From assembly GCF_037042905.1 (NCBI RefSeq), contig NC_087245.1, positions 18,354,001 through 18,418,000 of the forward strand: a stretch of 64,000 bases of DNA, given 5' to 3'. The stretch is from Lytechinus pictus (Eukaryota). Positions 63,901 through 64,000 of this stretch are shown here, piece by piece. Below the pieces are notes generated by a model. The model was not told where the DNA came from. It did no database searches and saw only the letters and a list, made by a program, of their open reading frames with translations. Both the position numbers and the translations under genes were made by a program. Numbering within the stretch: position 1 is the first letter of the stretch; the number at the start of each line of letters is the position of its first letter.

Positions 63901-63994
63901 TTCGTGATACATTTTATTTATATCTTTCATTTTCTCCTAATACATCTAGGTGGATGATATGAAGCAGAGGCTTTTTCGAGAATTCAATTACTAG
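30791..63994 (+). CDS. Spliced gene, 22 visible exons, 5'-incomplete: hyalin-like type I membrane protein (11 HYR, 2 SEA-like, EGF, TM, Pro/Tyr-rich tail), ~1,370 aa
   Basis: All exons have AG acceptors and GT donors (one proposed GC) with compatible phases; joined length 4106 nt with no internal stop; TAG at 63992-63994. Confidence 0.9.
32311..32473. mobile_element. CACTG-terminated MITE
   Basis: TA|CACTGTAAA...TTTACAGTG|TA. Confidence 0.6.
32480..32635 (-). mobile_element. Degenerate tRNA-derived SINE
   Basis: Minus-strand B box GGTTCAATTCC followed by GTCCTTAGGCAAG, a CORE-like motif. Confidence 0.5.
33477..33701 (+). CDS. Exon: HYR domain 2
   Basis: Phase 1-1, [24 protein letters not shown]. 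Confidence 0.9.
33979..34206 (+). CDS. Exon: HYR domain 3
   Basis: Phase 1-1, [29 protein letters not shown]. Confidence 0.9.
34249..34579. mobile_element. Harbinger-like MITE (TTA TSD) containing a nested CAGGGG MITE (34394-34564)
   Basis: TTA|TGCCCCAGTCACATT...AATGTGACTGAGGTA|TTA. Confidence 0.7.
35069..35241 (-). mobile_element. SINE-like element with 7SL/Alu-domain-like head, B box, Deu-like core and (CA)n tail
   Basis: Minus strand reads GACTGGGCGTTGTGGCGTGCGCCTGTAATCCAAGCTA..GGTTCGAGCCC..TGTCTTTCGGATGGTGACATTAAAGGTCGGTCCC..TACACACACA. Confidence 0.7.
35386..35625 (+). CDS. Exon: HYR domain 4
   Basis: Phase 1-1, [33 protein letters not shown]. Confidence 0.9.
36361..36481. mobile_element. 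Left end of a hAT (Blackjack-like) non-autonomous element, the target of the LTR insertion
   Basis: CAGGGTGACCAGA terminus followed by GTCCC/GGGAC subterminal motifs; other end not found. Confidence 0.45.
38334..38479. mobile_element. Harbinger-like MITE inside the LTR element
   Basis: TSD CTG/CTG; same family as 3974-4130. Confidence 0.8.
38598..39065 (-). CDS. LTR-element ORF, Pro/Ser/His-rich with short internal repeats; possible continuation of the upstream ORF
   Basis: 155 aa, ATG start, repeated SPTN(T/I)HPQAI units; begins 16 bp after the 480-aa ORF. Confidence 0.45.
   Translation of the reverse strand: MSTQVSTLQSPTNTHPQAIDGSSPTNIHPQAINSSTSQVHLAIEMIPILSLGHPPATKDDIDPQMIDIYFDGLGPQPAIACGAHDHSNPPDAASGAHESSPHIAATGSNDPSPMTAYSPLDPYTEDGVSQLTPIPHAARFGPPPTNCSTVPRTLM
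39082..40524 (-). CDS. LTR-element ORF: N-terminal degenerate retropepsin-like domain plus Ser/Asp-rich repeats
   Basis: 480 codons open; [21 protein letters not shown] and [26 protein letters not shown] resemble Gypsy protease motifs (xDSG..N..; D.LAG.PFM..NDI); no RT or integrase motifs. Confidence 0.6.
   Translation of the reverse strand: MKVEVRSGNQVNMTSEEIADDLELEIVIDDYALYDLYDYGIDAAFEYNVIAYTEFSLFTKEGVEMEFLGVVVSDKDVGVVAGAPYMECNDIMVRPSRHEVIFHGDSFFVYDPEIVDSSSLVCEENLLAVQPAHAGGSGDVEQRHVMSRPTPIAIVTEQRSCVPICGTQPRPEECEPCSSDLVSKNEYELNVDVSHDNVSAWDDNLHWQSNSPSSVTVSDSANALCSKENTSKSLDVELDSSDQCRSFDISDKRHTSQLLDKSFTVELSNDLILLDTTTGSHDTPHMQQSVDKLLLPESSNKCYSVDPTSESHDTLRMQRSVDKLLFPESSVKRCSPELSSESSDTRCSLYSLSNSIYRSMTDSCYTMRMQHPVDKLMLLESPDECCSLDSVSDSVSNSTCDSMSDSPDTLRMPEPTVNMNPPTPIGNLGSSLSSHRSSSSVSFFDDTQLLDSRPRIDNYFSQLETSTQHTQIVSYKYNTQ
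40866..40883 (-). promoter_or_regulatory. Primer-binding site complementary to the tRNA-Leu 3' end
   Basis: TGGTGGCAGCGGTGGGAT directly after the 5' LTR is the reverse complement of ATCCCACCGCTGCCA-CCA. Confidence 0.9.
41631..42332. mobile_element. piggyBac-like MITE
   Basis: TTAA|CCCTACATAGCCCG...CGGGCTGGATAAGG|TTAA; TIR imperfect. Confidence 0.65.
42347..42475. mobile_element. Short MITE (second copy at ~54790-54916)
   Basis: TIR GGCCC(G/A)TAACACA / TGTGTTATGGG. Confidence 0.7.
42720..43040. repeat. (TCT)n and (ATT/ATC)n microsatellites
   Basis: Visible directly. Confidence 0.9.
43121..43378 (+). CDS. Exon: HYR domain 5
   Basis: Phase 1-1, [38 protein letters not shown]. Confidence 0.92.
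44928..45498. mobile_element. Kolobok-like MITE, uninterrupted copy
   Basis: TIR AGGTCAAGTCCACCC / GGGGTGGACTTGTCCT with TTAA-like flanks; a degenerate copy lies at ~44000-44440. Confidence 0.85.
45519..45770 (+). CDS. Exon: HYR domain 6
   Basis: Phase 1-1, [30 protein letters not shown]. Confidence 0.92.
46311..46556 (+). CDS. Exon: HYR domain 7
   Basis: Phase 1-1, [30 protein letters not shown]. Confidence 0.92.
47281..47408 (+). CDS. Exon: HYR domain 8, N-terminal half
   Basis: Phase 1-0, [18 protein letters not shown]. Confidence 0.88.
47955..48670. mobile_element. TA-flanked MITE family copy
   Basis: Reverse match to 4935-5845. Confidence 0.8.
49880..50006 (+). CDS. Exon: HYR domain 8, C-terminal half
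   Basis: Phase 0-1, ..[24 protein letters not shown]. Confidence 0.88.
50609..50854 (+). CDS. Exon: HYR domain 9
   Basis: Phase 1-1, [35 protein letters not shown]. Confidence 0.93.
51671..51919 (+). CDS. Exon: HYR domain 10
   Basis: Phase 1-1, [34 protein letters not shown]. Confidence 0.93.
52261..52530 (+). CDS. Exon: HYR domain 11
   Basis: Phase 1-1, [34 protein letters not shown]. Confidence 0.93.
52887..52987 (+). CDS. Exon: putative SEA-like domain 1, first part
   Basis: Phase 1-0, open frame, good splice sites. Confidence 0.75.
53913..54144 (+). CDS. Exon: putative SEA-like domain 1, second part
   Basis: Phase 0-1, [32 protein letters not shown]-like alpha/beta pattern without GSVVV. 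Confidence 0.78.
54568..54704 (+). CDS. Exon: SEA domain 2, first part
   Basis: Phase 1-0, [21 protein letters not shown], resembling the SEA NPSS..Y..L pattern. Confidence 0.8.
55057..55306 (+). CDS. Exon: SEA domain 2, second part, with cleavage-type motif [10 protein letters not shown] donor
   Basis: Phase 0-1, ends CAG|GCAAGG. Confidence 0.8.
55561..57392. mobile_element. Non-autonomous Tc1/mariner-like element with long inverted arms
   Basis: TA|CAGTGCGTCCC...GGGACGCACTG|TA; ~210 bp of near-identical TIR, with degenerate similarity extending several hundred bp further. Confidence 0.9.
58029..58113 (+). CDS. Exon: EGF-like domain, first part
   Basis: Phase 1-2, [15 protein letters not shown]. 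Confidence 0.9.
58527..58641 (+). mobile_element. Penelope-like fragment with a minimal hammerhead-like motif, between 15-bp direct repeats
   Basis: GCCT-CCGACGA-A-GATTCT GCT AGGATC-GAAAGCTT-AGGC; CCATAATGAAAACTT at 58512-58526 and 58642-58656. Confidence 0.6.
58694..58737 (+). CDS. Exon: EGF-like domain, second part
   Basis: Phase 2-1, [12 protein letters not shown]. Confidence 0.9.
59253..59910. repeat. 66-bp minisatellite, ~10 near-identical copies
   Basis: Unit TTCATAGTTTTCCACCGCAGGATGTGAGGGTGTGGG...; starts at 59253, 59319 and so on. Confidence 0.95.
60196..60362 (+). CDS. Exon: transmembrane helix with CCCC
   Basis: Phase 1-0, [35 protein letters not shown]. Confidence 0.92.
60835..60994. 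repeat. (TA)n microsatellite
   Basis: Visible directly. Confidence 0.95.
60995..61682. mobile_element. TA-flanked MITE family copy inside (TA)n
   Basis: Reverse match to 4935-5845; (TA)n on both sides. Confidence 0.8.
61785..62063 (+). CDS. Exon: Pro/Tyr-rich cytoplasmic tail
   Basis: Phase 0-0, [19 protein letters not shown]... Confidence 0.85.
62486..62563 (+). CDS. Exon: Arg-rich cytoplasmic segment
   Basis: Phase 0-0, [26 protein letters not shown]. Confidence 0.75.
62820..63856 (+). mobile_element. Helentron-associated (HINE/Tsp-like) element with five tandem units
   Basis: T-rich site; subterminal inverted repeat GTCTCACCTGC / GCAGGCGAGAC; 5' hairpin; internal ~153-189-bp units; related fragment at ~50150-50450. 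Confidence 0.75.
63950..63994 (+). CDS. Last coding exon, [14 protein letters not shown]
   Basis: Pyrimidine-rich acceptor, phase 0, TAG at 63992-63994. Confidence 0.7.
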   Translation: MDDMKQRLFREFNY

Positions 63995-64000
63995 ACGAAA

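Overview
Eukaryotic, AT-rich, transposon-dense window. It is probably from an echinoderm such as a sea urchin; this is inferred from the hyalin-type gene and the repeat families, not proven. Bases 1-30.7 kb are mostly nested, decayed mobile elements: CR1/L2-group LINEs, a Vingi-like LINE, several MITE families, tRNA-derived SINEs, a satellite with a 527-bp higher-order period, and one C-type lectin pseudo-exon. Bases 30.8-64.0 kb hold 22 phase-compatible + strand exons of one gene whose 5' end was not found. It encodes about 1,370 aa: 11 HYR repeats, 2 SEA-like domains, 1 EGF, a TM helix with CCCC, and a Pro/Tyr-rich tail ending at stop 63992-63994. Its introns contain (i) a young non-autonomous LTR element with CG..CG termini, a 3-bp TSD, a tRNA-Leu PBS and an ORF carrying an apparently dead retropepsin (Troyka-like), and (ii) a short SINE-like element with a 7SL/Alu-like head. 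Two Penelope-type hammerhead-like motifs occur, one intronic and one just upstream of the first visible exon. All family assignments are from recalled signatures; no database searches were run.
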